From a virus (taxonomy: Duplodnaviria > Heunggongvirae > Uroviricota > Caudoviricetes), in the IMG/VR virus record IMGVR_UViG_3300037455_001096: DNA of 14,591 nucleotides; one strand, given 5' to 3'. Shown one piece after another: positions 1 through 7,256 of this stretch (position 1 is the first letter of the stretch; every line of letters starts with the position of its first letter). Both the position numbers and the translations under genes were made by a program. Below the pieces are notes generated by a model that worked only from the letters and a program-made list of their open reading frames with translations, had not been told where the DNA came from and did not search any database.

Positions 1-79
1 CTCGGTATTCCACCTTGACTTCGTAAGGCAACCTCGCGCAGAGGTCGGCACAAAACAGTTGTTGTTCTTCTTTTGTCAT
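1..79 (-). CDS. Paralog family copy 0 (N-terminal part only; runs off the window)
   Basis: Manual translation MTKEEQQLFCADLCARLPYEVKVEYR contains the family block A. An alternative ATG at 85 overlaps the stop of the upstream copy. Not in the ORF track. Confidence 0.9.
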   Translation of the reverse strand, partial: MTKEEQQLFCADLCARLPYEVKVEYR

Positions 80-84
80 AATCA

Positions 85-651
85 TTATTTTTTGGATTCG
101 TACATTCCTTTGGGTGCTTCCAAAGCGATACCTTTTTCAATCAACCCACGGTAGTCAAAGTGATGGGCGTTGAGCCAGTCGATTTCTTCAATATAAGAAC
201 CTCGACCTATATACACCGCTGAAATAACTTCTTTATCATTTTCATCCTTATAGACAATTTGTACATACCAACAACTATCAAGGAAAAATTCCGTTTCCTT
301 TATCCTCAAGTCTTTTCTATATCTTTTATCTCTTGCGAGATAAAGAGTAACCAATTCCAGTTTCTCCTCCTCGGTCATACTTGACATCGGTCGGAGATAT
401 GGAAGATTTTTGTCAAGATGTAAAGCCCTTGAAGCACTTGACATTCCGCATCCTTTATATTCAGTATAGCCTATCCATCCATCACTGTTTGTCTTAATTA
501 AAAGACCGCTTTCACTATATGCAGGAGCGTGCAGTATTTCAATTTTCCACTTATGAAAATCATACTCATCTTCTTTATAGTTAACTATTACCCCATAAGG
601 CAACCTCGCACAGAGGTCTTTTAATAGCAACTCCTTATCTTCTTGTGTCAT
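85..651 (-). CDS. Paralog family copy 1 (188 aa), hypothetical protein
   Basis: KDLCARLPY...LPYLRPMSSMTEEE...DWLNAHHFDYRGLIEKGIALEAPKGMY. Start taken at ATT-ATG 651 (alternative 657). Confidence 0.92.
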   Translation of the reverse strand: MTQEDKELLLKDLCARLPYGVIVNYKEDEYDFHKWKIEILHAPAYSESGLLIKTNSDGWIGYTEYKGCGMSSASRALHLDKNLPYLRPMSSMTEEEKLELVTLYLARDKRYRKDLRIKETEFFLDSCWYVQIVYKDENDKEVISAVYIGRGSYIEEIDWLNAHHFDYRGLIEKGIALEAPKGMYESKK

Positions 652-656
652 AATCA

Positions 657-1034
657 TTATTTTTTGGATTTGTACATTCCTTCGGGTGCTACCAAAGCAA
701 GCCCCTTTTCAATAAGCCCGTGGTGGTCGAAATGACGCTCGTTTAGCCAATCAACGTATGTCGGTATGGAATCTTCCACGCCGCCTTCGATGTCGTCCAA
801 AAAGGCGCATTTTCTCGCTTCCTCGCTTTCGGTCATATCCGACATCGGTCGGAGGTATGGTTTGATGGTTTCCTTTTCGCCAAGCGATTCGATAAAATAC
901 CCAAATCCACCGATAACGTCATCTTCTATGCTTTCCGTGAACTCAAAGTCCTCGTTCCCCCTGCGGACTACGAACCCGTAGGGCAACCTCGCGCAGAGGT
1001 CGTTGAATAGAATTCTTTTCTGATACTTATTCAT
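657..1034 (-). CDS. Paralog family copy 2 (125 aa)
   Basis: NDLCARLPY...KPYLRPMSDMTESEE...DWLNERHFDHHGLIEKGLALVAPEGMY. Start moved to ATT-ATG 1034 because the track start 1064 overlaps the upstream gene. Confidence 0.92.
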   Translation of the reverse strand: MNKYQKRILFNDLCARLPYGFVVRRGNEDFEFTESIEDDVIGGFGYFIESLGEKETIKPYLRPMSDMTESEEARKCAFLDDIEGGVEDSIPTYVDWLNERHFDHHGLIEKGLALVAPEGMYKSKK

Positions 1035-1045
1035 AATGTTTCGGA

Positions 1046-1345
1046 TTAAATTTTGTTTTTGCAAATCCCGCTATTATACACGTTATCTTCCGAATGGCTT
1101 ATCTCAAACGGAACGAAATCATCGCTGACCTCGATGGATTCAATGCACGGGGTTTCACATCTGAACATATCGCCGTATTTCTTGAACCATTCGTCACGAA
1201 GCCAATCGCGGAAACTGTTCAGTTCATCAAGATGCTTTTCCGCATTCTCTCTGTTCGTGTACCAAACGCTGCATTTGTAGTACCACCGCTCCCATTCGCA
1301 GGTATCGGCGTTGTTGTATCTGAAAATCGCTCTGTATATAGTCAT
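1046..1345 (-). CDS. Hypothetical protein (99 aa), unrelated to the family
   Basis: Fills the gap between copies 3 and 2 on the coding strand. Trp/Tyr-rich; no motif recognised. Confidence 0.8.
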   Translation of the reverse strand: MTIYRAIFRYNNADTCEWERWYYKCSVWYTNRENAEKHLDELNSFRDWLRDEWFKKYGDMFRCETPCIESIEVSDDFVPFEISHSEDNVYNSGICKNKI

Positions 1346-1374
1346 AGCATTACTAAACTTTTGTAATCAATTTA

Positions 1375-1758
1375 TCATTCAAAAACATACATACCTTTTG
1401 GCGCGGGCAGCGCAAGCCCCTTTGCAATCAAACCTCGGTAGTCGAAATGATGCTCGTTCATCCAATCGAACAACATCGGGCTTATCGAATATTTCACCTG
1501 CGACAGCGCGTATTCTATGAAAGGCTCTTCCGTCAAGATGAACAATTCGCTGTCAAACCAATCTGACAAAATACGGGAAATTCTGCTGTATTCCTTTTCC
1601 GTCATATCTGACAGCGGGCGGAGATACGGTTTGCAATCCTCCATTCTCACGGAGCGGCTGTATTCTGTGTAGTCCACAGTACCGCCGCGATACTCCACCA
1701 TCGTATGGTAGGGAAACCGTGCGCACAAATCCTTAATCAGAAGTTCTTTTTCTCCCAT
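1375..1758 (-). CDS. Paralog family copy 3 (127 aa)
   Basis: KDLCARFPY...KPYLRPLSDMTEKE...DWMNEHHFDYRGLIAKGLALPAPKGMY. Confidence 0.92.
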   Translation of the reverse strand: MGEKELLIKDLCARFPYHTMVEYRGGTVDYTEYSRSVRMEDCKPYLRPLSDMTEKEYSRISRILSDWFDSELFILTEEPFIEYALSQVKYSISPMLFDWMNEHHFDYRGLIAKGLALPAPKGMYVFE

Positions 1759-1763
1759 AACCT

Positions 1764-2210
1764 TTATTCAATGTTATATATTTCTTTTGGTGCTGCTATC
1801 GCAAGACCTTTCTCAATAAGTCCGCGATAATCAAAGTGATGTTTGTTCAGCCAATCAATCTGCTCGACCGCTTTGATGAACGGGAATTTGACGTTGTAGA
1901 ACACAGATTCAATTTCCGTCATATCCGACAGTGGGCGCAGATAAGGTTTCACTTCGCTGATGTCCACCCATTGGCTGTCAAACTGTTCTTGGAAATACTC
2001 GTTCTTATCATCATTTTCGTCACACAGAACAAGGTGCAGTGTTTTTTCGTCCGTGTTGGCTTCGAGTACCCAAGCGGGAAAATCCACGGTGTTGTATTCG
2101 CTGTGGAATTCATAGTCAACGTCATAGTCTATTTCGACATAGACATAAACGTCATAGGGAAGCCGTGCGCACAAATCCAAAAACAGAAGTTCTCTCTCGT
2201 TGTCGCTCAT
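1764..2210 (-). CDS. Paralog family copy 4 (148 aa)
   Basis: LDLCARLPY...KPYLRPLSDMTEIE...DWLNKHHFDYRGLIEKGLAIAAPKEIY. The first variable segment is very acidic. Confidence 0.92.
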   Translation of the reverse strand: MSDNERELLFLDLCARLPYDVYVYVEIDYDVDYEFHSEYNTVDFPAWVLEANTDEKTLHLVLCDENDDKNEYFQEQFDSQWVDISEVKPYLRPLSDMTEIESVFYNVKFPFIKAVEQIDWLNKHHFDYRGLIEKGLAIAAPKEIYNIE

Positions 2211-2211
2211 A

Positions 2212-2913
2212 TCAAAGTTCGTTTAAATCTGCGGTGATGTATGCAATCTCGTCTATCATAATGTCGAATGTGGGGTATGCCGTTATAGCGGTTTCAAGTT
2301 CAAGTTCGGTCAGCGTTTCGTCAATGAGACCCCTCACAAGGTACTCTGGCACATTCTCGCACCTCTCGTACATCGAGTCAAGCCTCTCCAAAAACGGTGT
2401 TTCGTCATAAATGGTTTTGCCTTTCAGCATATAGCGGAGCGTATTGTACGATGACATACCGATGTGCTTGTGGCTGTTGTCGCATTCGTACATACCTGCG
2501 GGGGCTTCAAGTGCCAAGCCTTTCCCAATCATACCGCGATAGTCAAAATGGTGTTCGAGTAGGTAATCCACAAATTCGGGAAGGTCGTGTTCATAGATGA
2601 GGTAGTCCACGCAGTTAGAACCGTAATCGTGTTCTTGTCTGTAGAAGTCGATTTCCTTTTTCTCATCCTCGCTCATACTTGACAGCGGGCGCAAATAGGG
2701 TTTGATTACATCGTTGCTGTTCCACGGGTCGATAACGACTTCGTATTCATCGCGGTAATCCAACCCCTTGGCATCATCGTGGAAGCAGAAGTAGTTGAGC
2801 CTCCTGCCCGTCAAGGTCATAACCTTACCGTTTGTCGGAACATAGCATTTGAGGTCGTATGGCAACCTTGCGCACAGTTCCTTTCTTATGAATCCCAATT
2901 GTTCTGCAAGCAT
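2212..2913 (-). CDS. Paralog family copy 5 with a C-terminal extension of about 90 aa (233 aa)
   Basis: KELCARLPY...KPYLRPLSSMSEDE...DYLLEHHFDYRGMIGKGLALEAPAGMY, followed by an extra acidic, probably helical region (2212-2487). Confidence 0.92.
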   Translation of the reverse strand: MLAEQLGFIRKELCARLPYDLKCYVPTNGKVMTLTGRRLNYFCFHDDAKGLDYRDEYEVVIDPWNSNDVIKPYLRPLSSMSEDEKKEIDFYRQEHDYGSNCVDYLIYEHDLPEFVDYLLEHHFDYRGMIGKGLALEAPAGMYECDNSHKHIGMSSYNTLRYMLKGKTIYDETPFLERLDSMYERCENVPEYLVRGLIDETLTELELETAITAYPTFDIMIDEIAYITADLNEL

Positions 2914-2915
2914 AA

Positions 2916-3452
2916 TCAGTCGTTTTTGGTTACATACATATTTTCGGGGGCTTTCACAGCCAACCCTTTTCTAATAAGACCGCGATGGTCAAAATAGTGG
3001 CTGTCAAGCCATTGTTCGAGCCATTTGTAATCCTCGAAGTCGGCATCCGTGTCATTGTCCAAAAAACCTTGGCTGTGATGTCTGATGCTGACATTATCGC
3101 AACAAATGTCAAAAACGTAGTTCTTTGACAATTCCCCGCGTTCATCTTCGGTCATATCCGAAAGCGGGCGGAGGAACGGGCGGACTCTCTGTTTAGTGAG
3201 GTTGTTTAATACTTGGATTCTTTTGTGCTTCTGCTCAAAGAAACCTTTCGGATTCAATTCGGGGGTGATGCTGTGCGTGATAAGCGTTGTTTCCCCGCCG
3301 ACCCCGATTATCTTGTAATATTGGGGACATTTATCCGAAGGTGTCGCCGACTTGTTGTCATTGTCGTACAACGGCGACTTTTCCACAATGACACCCTGCG
3401 GAAGTCTTCGGCAGATGTCAAACATAACCAATGCTTGTTCTTCTTTTGTCAT
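2916..3452 (-). CDS. Paralog family copy 6 (178 aa)
   Basis: FDICRRLPQ...RPFLRPLSDMTEDE...QWLDSHYFDHRGLIRKGLAVKAPENMY. Confidence 0.9.
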   Translation of the reverse strand: MTKEEQALVMFDICRRLPQGVIVEKSPLYDNDNKSATPSDKCPQYYKIIGVGGETTLITHSITPELNPKGFFEQKHKRIQVLNNLTKQRVRPFLRPLSDMTEDERGELSKNYVFDICCDNVSIRHHSQGFLDNDTDADFEDYKWLEQWLDSHYFDHRGLIRKGLAVKAPENMYVTKND

Positions 3453-3592
3453 TTCACTCTGAAATATAGTTTACCAAATAAATGAATCCTTCCGTTGTTC
3501 ACGGGGTCATAATCTCTGTGCGGAAAAAACCATTTCCACCACTCCAATCTCCCGAAGGAGATGTATTCGCCAGTTATAACTTCGCTGTTCAT
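3449..3592 (-). CDS. Small hypothetical protein (47 aa), not in the ORF track
   Basis: Manual translation MNSEVITGEYISFGRLEWWKWFFPHRDYDPVNNGRIHLFGKLYFRVK*. ATGA stop/start overlaps at both ends (3589-3592 and 3449-3452) fill the gap exactly. Confidence 0.75.
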   Translation of the reverse strand: MNSEVITGEYISFGRLEWWKWFFPHRDYDPVNNGRIHLFGKLYFRVK

Positions 3593-3870
3593 AATGAGTT
3601 TACAATTTTCCAACATTTGTCCTCAACGTGCCAAACCTCGTTGTTCTTCAGATGTCCGAGTATCTCCCATTTCAGCACCTTCCAAGCGACAGCCTCATAG
3701 AAGAAAAACGGGTTGTCGGGGTTCATAGAGTTTACAACGTCTATTGTCGCATATATAATACTCGACACAAGTTCTTTCGTTGCATCGTCCATTTTTTCCA
3801 ACTCTTCCCGTCCGAGTTTTCTCAATTCAAAATCGTTGAGCGGTTTCTTTGATGATTCTGCGTCATTCAT
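3589..3870 (-). CDS. Hypothetical protein (93 aa)
   Basis: Coding-strand ORF between copies 7 and 6. Start moved to GAT-ATG 3870, just after the copy 7 stop. Confidence 0.8.
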   Translation of the reverse strand: MNDAESSKKPLNDFELRKLGREELEKMDDATKELVSSIIYATIDVVNSMNPDNPFFFYEAVAWKVLKWEILGHLKNNEVWHVEDKCWKIVNSL

Positions 3871-3874
3871 ATCA

Positions 3875-4306
3875 TTATTGTTTAATTTCATACATCCCCT
3901 CTGGGGCTACCAAGGCGAGATTCTTCGCGATAAGCCCGTTGTAATCGAAATGATGGGCGTTAAGCCAATCCGCGACAAAGCCGCACATAGCAAATGTGAT
4001 GAGCGAACAGTATTCTTCAAGCGTGCATCCTTCAGAGAAATAAATGCCGATGTTGTCCACCTGCTCGGCATCGTAAATCCTTTTCAGTTCGTTCTTCTCG
4101 TCCTCCGTGATGCTTGCCATCGGACGCAGGTAAGGTCTGATTGCATAGATACTCATACCGTTCAGCAACTTATGCGCGTTGTATGTGTTGAGAACAATAT
4201 CCGCGTCCTCGCCGTTCTTGTGGAAATGCGCGTGCTTGACTTTCACGTTGTACGGAAGTCTGCCGCACAAATCCCTTAACAAAATTGATTTTTCCTCTTG
4301 TGTCAT
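3875..4306 (-). CDS. Paralog family copy 7 (143 aa)
   Basis: RDLCGRLPY...RPYLRPMASITEDE...DWLNAHHFDYNGLIAKNLALVAPEGMY. Start 4306 (MTQEEK) matches the starts of other copies. Confidence 0.92.
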   Translation of the reverse strand: MTQEEKSILLRDLCGRLPYNVKVKHAHFHKNGEDADIVLNTYNAHKLLNGMSIYAIRPYLRPMASITEDEKNELKRIYDAEQVDNIGIYFSEGCTLEEYCSLITFAMCGFVADWLNAHHFDYNGLIAKNLALVAPEGMYEIKQ

Positions 4307-4308
4307 AG

Positions 4309-4563
4309 TTAATCGTTCCAATTGATAACACCGCTTGTTTTTACGCTCACCTTGACTTCGGGTATTGTCATAGGTCTGTTGCTTCTGCGACCGTTTCCGC
4401 TGTAATGCACGATGTTTATGCTCGCCGTCAAGTCAACGGTCATTTTCATAGCAAGGCAAGCCTCGCTGTACCTTTGCAGGAATTCGTCAGTTTCCTTTCT
4501 GATTCTGTCGGCTAACTGACTTTTCATTTCCTCCAAAACCTCGTCTGTTTTTTCTTTTTCCAT
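4309..4563 (-). CDS. Hypothetical protein (84 aa)
   Basis: Fills the gap between copies 8 and 7. Start at ATT-ATG 4563, or at 4575 by ATGA overlap. Confidence 0.75.
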   Translation of the reverse strand: MEKEKTDEVLEEMKSQLADRIRKETDEFLQRYSEACLAMKMTVDLTASINIVHYSGNGRRSNRPMTIPEVKVSVKTSGVINWND

Positions 4564-4571
4564 AATCAATA

Positions 4572-4988
4572 TCATTCTTCGTTATACATCTCCCTGCTCG
4601 CCTCGATTGCCAATCCCATTTCAATGAGACCTCGGTAGTCGAAGTGATGCGTGTTCAGCCAATCCAATGCCCGCACGCCGAGCGTGAATATCTTCGGCTT
4701 ACCCTGCACCCCGCATCCGAAATGGATTCCGTTGTCGGTCTTGACAGCCTTTTGGAATTCGTTGTACTCGCTTTCCGTCATACTCGACATATGGCGCAGG
4801 TACGGTTTCGCCGAACCGCAGTAAGTCAGCCATTCCAAATCGTTAGCGTCAAGGATTTTGTCATAGACATCGTTTTTCACTTTGTCCGTGTCCCAATCCA
4901 TTCGCGGGAACGTGCCTTTCACCCTAACTCCGTAGGGCAACCTCGCGCAGAGGTCGGCAAACACAAGTTTTTTGTCTTTCTTTTTCAT
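4572..4988 (-). CDS. Paralog family copy 8 (138 aa)
   Basis: ADLCARLPY...KPYLRHMSSMTESE...DWLNTHHFDYRGLIEMGLAIEASREMY. Start moved to 4988 (MKKKDKK). Confidence 0.92.
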   Translation of the reverse strand: MKKKDKKLVFADLCARLPYGVRVKGTFPRMDWDTDKVKNDVYDKILDANDLEWLTYCGSAKPYLRHMSSMTESEYNEFQKAVKTDNGIHFGCGVQGKPKIFTLGVRALDWLNTHHFDYRGLIEMGLAIEASREMYNEE

Positions 4989-5101
4989 ATCAAATGAAAT
5001 GCTGATAATACAAACAGCCCACCGAGAAACGCCCCGATAACAAGACCGATTGAGAACCAATTTCCGTCAGCAAGCAACATATCCTTTGTCTCTTTTTTCA
5101 T
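4985..5101 (-). CDS. Small single-pass membrane peptide (38 aa), not in the ORF track
   Basis: Manual translation MKKETKDMLLADGNWFSIGLVIGAFLGGLFVLSAFHLI*. Hydrophobic stretch with GxxxG motifs, GTT-ATG start, and ATGA overlap with copy 8. Confidence 0.7.
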   Translation of the reverse strand: MKKETKDMLLADGNWFSIGLVIGAFLGGLFVLSAFHLI

Positions 5102-5107
5102 AACTTT

Positions 5108-5827
5108 CTAACTTCTTGTGAATGGACATTCCTCTGGAACAAAATCAATTCTCTGATTCGGCGTATGGTTGCGAGCCGTACACGAAGTCTTGTTCCAAGG
5201 AATGCGTTTGTAAACATTTTTCTTCATTTTCTTGCAGTATATGTCGCAGTTTTCATCGCTGCCCTTTGATGTTTTGACATTTGCGAGCGGGCATTCGCTG
5301 CAAAATTCAATGTCAACCGACATCGTGAGAATAGCCTTGGTTGTTTTCATCGACTTCGGAGGATAGAGATATTTTGGTGCTTCGAGTGCCAAGCCCATAC
5401 CGATAAGACCGCGATGGTCGAAATGATGCTCGTTCATCCAATCGATGAGCGTGTCGCAATCGACATCTTTGACATAGGTGCATTCAGAACCCGTATGCCA
5501 ACCACCATCGTTTGCATTGGAGAGTTTTGAGTTATTCACGCCGTATTTGCTTGCGTAGAACCTTTTGTCCGTGGTGTCTAATATAGCCTTAATCTCTTCC
5601 TCGCAGATGCTTGTGATGGGGCGAAGGTAAGGTATGCACTCACCGAACCCGCATTCCAACGGATATTCGTAATCGAATGTGAGTTTGAGGTTTGCATAGT
5701 CTATCGACTTCAGAATGGCATCAACCATTCCGTCACCGCTGTCAACACGGCACATAACACCGCAATGGAGTCTTGCGCCAAGTTCCTTCATCAAAAGTCG
5801 GATTTCGTGTTCAGTACGTTTTTCCAT
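5108..5827 (-). CDS. Paralog family copy 9 with a C-terminal Cys-rich domain of about 80 aa (239 aa)
   Basis: KELGARLHC...IPYLRPITSICEEE...DWMNEHHFDHRGLIGMGLALEAPKYLY, then MKTTKAIL...CSECP...CDIYC...C...CP. True start is ATT-ATG 5827; the track prefix is a shifted-frame reading of copy 10. Confidence 0.9.
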   Translation of the reverse strand: MEKRTEHEIRLLMKELGARLHCGVMCRVDSGDGMVDAILKSIDYANLKLTFDYEYPLECGFGECIPYLRPITSICEEEIKAILDTTDKRFYASKYGVNNSKLSNANDGGWHTGSECTYVKDVDCDTLIDWMNEHHFDHRGLIGMGLALEAPKYLYPPKSMKTTKAILTMSVDIEFCSECPLANVKTSKGSDENCDIYCKKMKKNVYKRIPWNKTSCTARNHTPNQRIDFVPEECPFTRS

Positions 5828-5831
5828 AATC

Positions 5832-6332
5832 TTACGCTTTAATATTGTACATACCTTTGGGTGCTGTGAGTGCCAACCCCTTTTCGATAAGACCACGGTG
5901 GTCGAAATGATGCGAATGCAGCCAATCCATAAGCCAACACCAATCTTCCATATACACCCGCGCAGTGTGGTGTTCCTCGGTGCAGTCATCATCATCCATA
6001 TCGAAGTAGTCGCCGACAAGCACGATTTCGTCATTGTAAATCACGCCGTTTTCGTTAGCCCAAAATTTCTCGGTATCTTGCAATGCTTTCCTTTCCCTTT
6101 TTGTCATACTCGACATAGGGCGCAGGTACGGCTTGACATCCCATATACGTTTCCAACCGCTTTTCCAAGGGTCGCTCGCCCTCAAATGAATCAATTCCCC
6201 GCTTTTTGTCGCGTTGATTTGGGTAAGCGTCCCGTCAAACGATTCTCCATCGGATTCGCAGCGGCAAACCACTTCGCAAGTGAGCCTGCATCCGAGGTCT
6301 TTGACTAACAGTTCGGTTTCTTTTCTTGTCAT
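5832..6332 (-). CDS. Paralog family copy 10 (166 aa)
   Basis: KDLGCRLTC...KPYLRPMSSMTKRE...DWLHSHHFDHRGLIEKGLALTAPKGMY. Start moved to ATT-ATG 6332. Confidence 0.92.
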   Translation of the reverse strand: MTRKETELLVKDLGCRLTCEVVCRCESDGESFDGTLTQINATKSGELIHLRASDPWKSGWKRIWDVKPYLRPMSSMTKRERKALQDTEKFWANENGVIYNDEIVLVGDYFDMDDDDCTEEHHTARVYMEDWCWLMDWLHSHHFDHRGLIEKGLALTAPKGMYNIKA

Positions 6333-6339
6333 AATCGTA

Positions 6340-6813
6340 TTATTTGTACATTTCTTCCGATGCGTTGACCGCCAACCCCATTTGGATAAGACCGAGAAAA
6401 TCAACGTGATGCTCGTATAACCAAGTATAGTAATCGTAGTTGCCATAGAACTCGTGGACGCTGCACGGGATTTTCTCCCCGCTTTTGCCTTCGATTTCAA
6501 ATTCGAGTTTCTGCAATTCCTCCAAGTCTGTGTGCTTCAGTTTCATATTGTAGATATGCGCCATTCGCAATCGGCTTGCCGTAAGAATGTCATTTTTCGG
6601 AAGGTCGCGCAGTCTGTATAGGCAGGGTTTGAAGTTTTCCATAACACAGTTGAAACGGACTTTGCCATCCTCTACAACGGTAAGCCGAATGTCGCCTTTG
6701 TTGTACGTTATGCCTTCGAGAACGCACTTGTGTCCTTCATTGTCGAGAACCAATGAATAAGGCAGTCTTGTCGACAGTTCCCTATACAATATCTGTTTCT
6801 CTCTCTGTTCCAT
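6340..6813 (-). CDS. Paralog family copy 11, most diverged (157 aa)
   Basis: RELSTRLPY...KPCLYRLRDL...TWLYEHHVDFLGLIQMGLAVNASEEMYK. Start moved to GAT-ATG 6813. Confidence 0.88.
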   Translation of the reverse strand: MEQREKQILYRELSTRLPYSLVLDNEGHKCVLEGITYNKGDIRLTVVEDGKVRFNCVMENFKPCLYRLRDLPKNDILTASRLRMAHIYNMKLKHTDLEELQKLEFEIEGKSGEKIPCSVHEFYGNYDYYTWLYEHHVDFLGLIQMGLAVNASEEMYK

Positions 6814-6820
6814 ATCTTTG

Positions 6821-7252
6821 TTATTTGTACATTCCTTTTTTTGCGGGAAGCGCGAGACCCTTTTCAATAAGCCCGCGATAGTCAAAGTGCCTTGCGACCA
6901 ACCAATCCAAGTAATCGTATGCTCTGTGCGCGAATGTCCATTCCTCTTTCTGCGGTTCTCTCGTGAATTTCACGATTTCGTCCCGCTCCTCGTCAGTCAT
7001 ACTCGACATAGGGCGCAAATACGGCGTGAGTATAAGTTTCCGCTCACCGTAGTTCTGCGCGACAAAGGAGTTGAGCAGGTTGCTCTTTCCGACTTTCAGT
7101 TCGGTGTCATACGGCTCTCGCTCGTCATAAAACCAATCGCCCGTGACTTTCACAACGACACCTTTCGGCAGACGTGCGCACAAGTCGGATACCAACTCGG
7201 AGAATTCTTCCTCGCTCATAATGCTTTTGTCAAGTTTTCTTCTGATTACCAT
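6821..7252 (-). CDS. Paralog family copy 12 (143 aa)
   Basis: SDLCARLPK...TPYLRPMSSMTDEE...DWLVARHFDYRGLIEKGLALPAKKGMYK. Start at 7252, or at the later MSEEE ATG. Confidence 0.9.
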   Translation of the reverse strand: MVIRRKLDKSIMSEEEFSELVSDLCARLPKGVVVKVTGDWFYDEREPYDTELKVGKSNLLNSFVAQNYGERKLILTPYLRPMSSMTDEERDEIVKFTREPQKEEWTFAHRAYDYLDWLVARHFDYRGLIEKGLALPAKKGMYK

Positions 7253-7256
7253 AATG

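Noticed and set aside
31-4954. Small hairpin ACCTC-N5-GAGGT within the block A codons (near 31, 603, 987 and 4940) as a recombination signal
   Set aside because: Present in only 4 of 14 copies and broken by synonymous changes in the others; explained by the codons for DLCAR.
1-7252. Diversity-generating retroelement as the source of variation
   Set aside because: No reverse transcriptase, no near-identical TR/VR pair, and differences include large length changes rather than adenine-specific substitutions.
1-7252. CRISPR array or integron cassette array
   Set aside because: The repeats are in-frame protein-coding blocks with synonymous variation and units of several hundred bp. No cas gene, integrase or attC-like intergenic site is visible.
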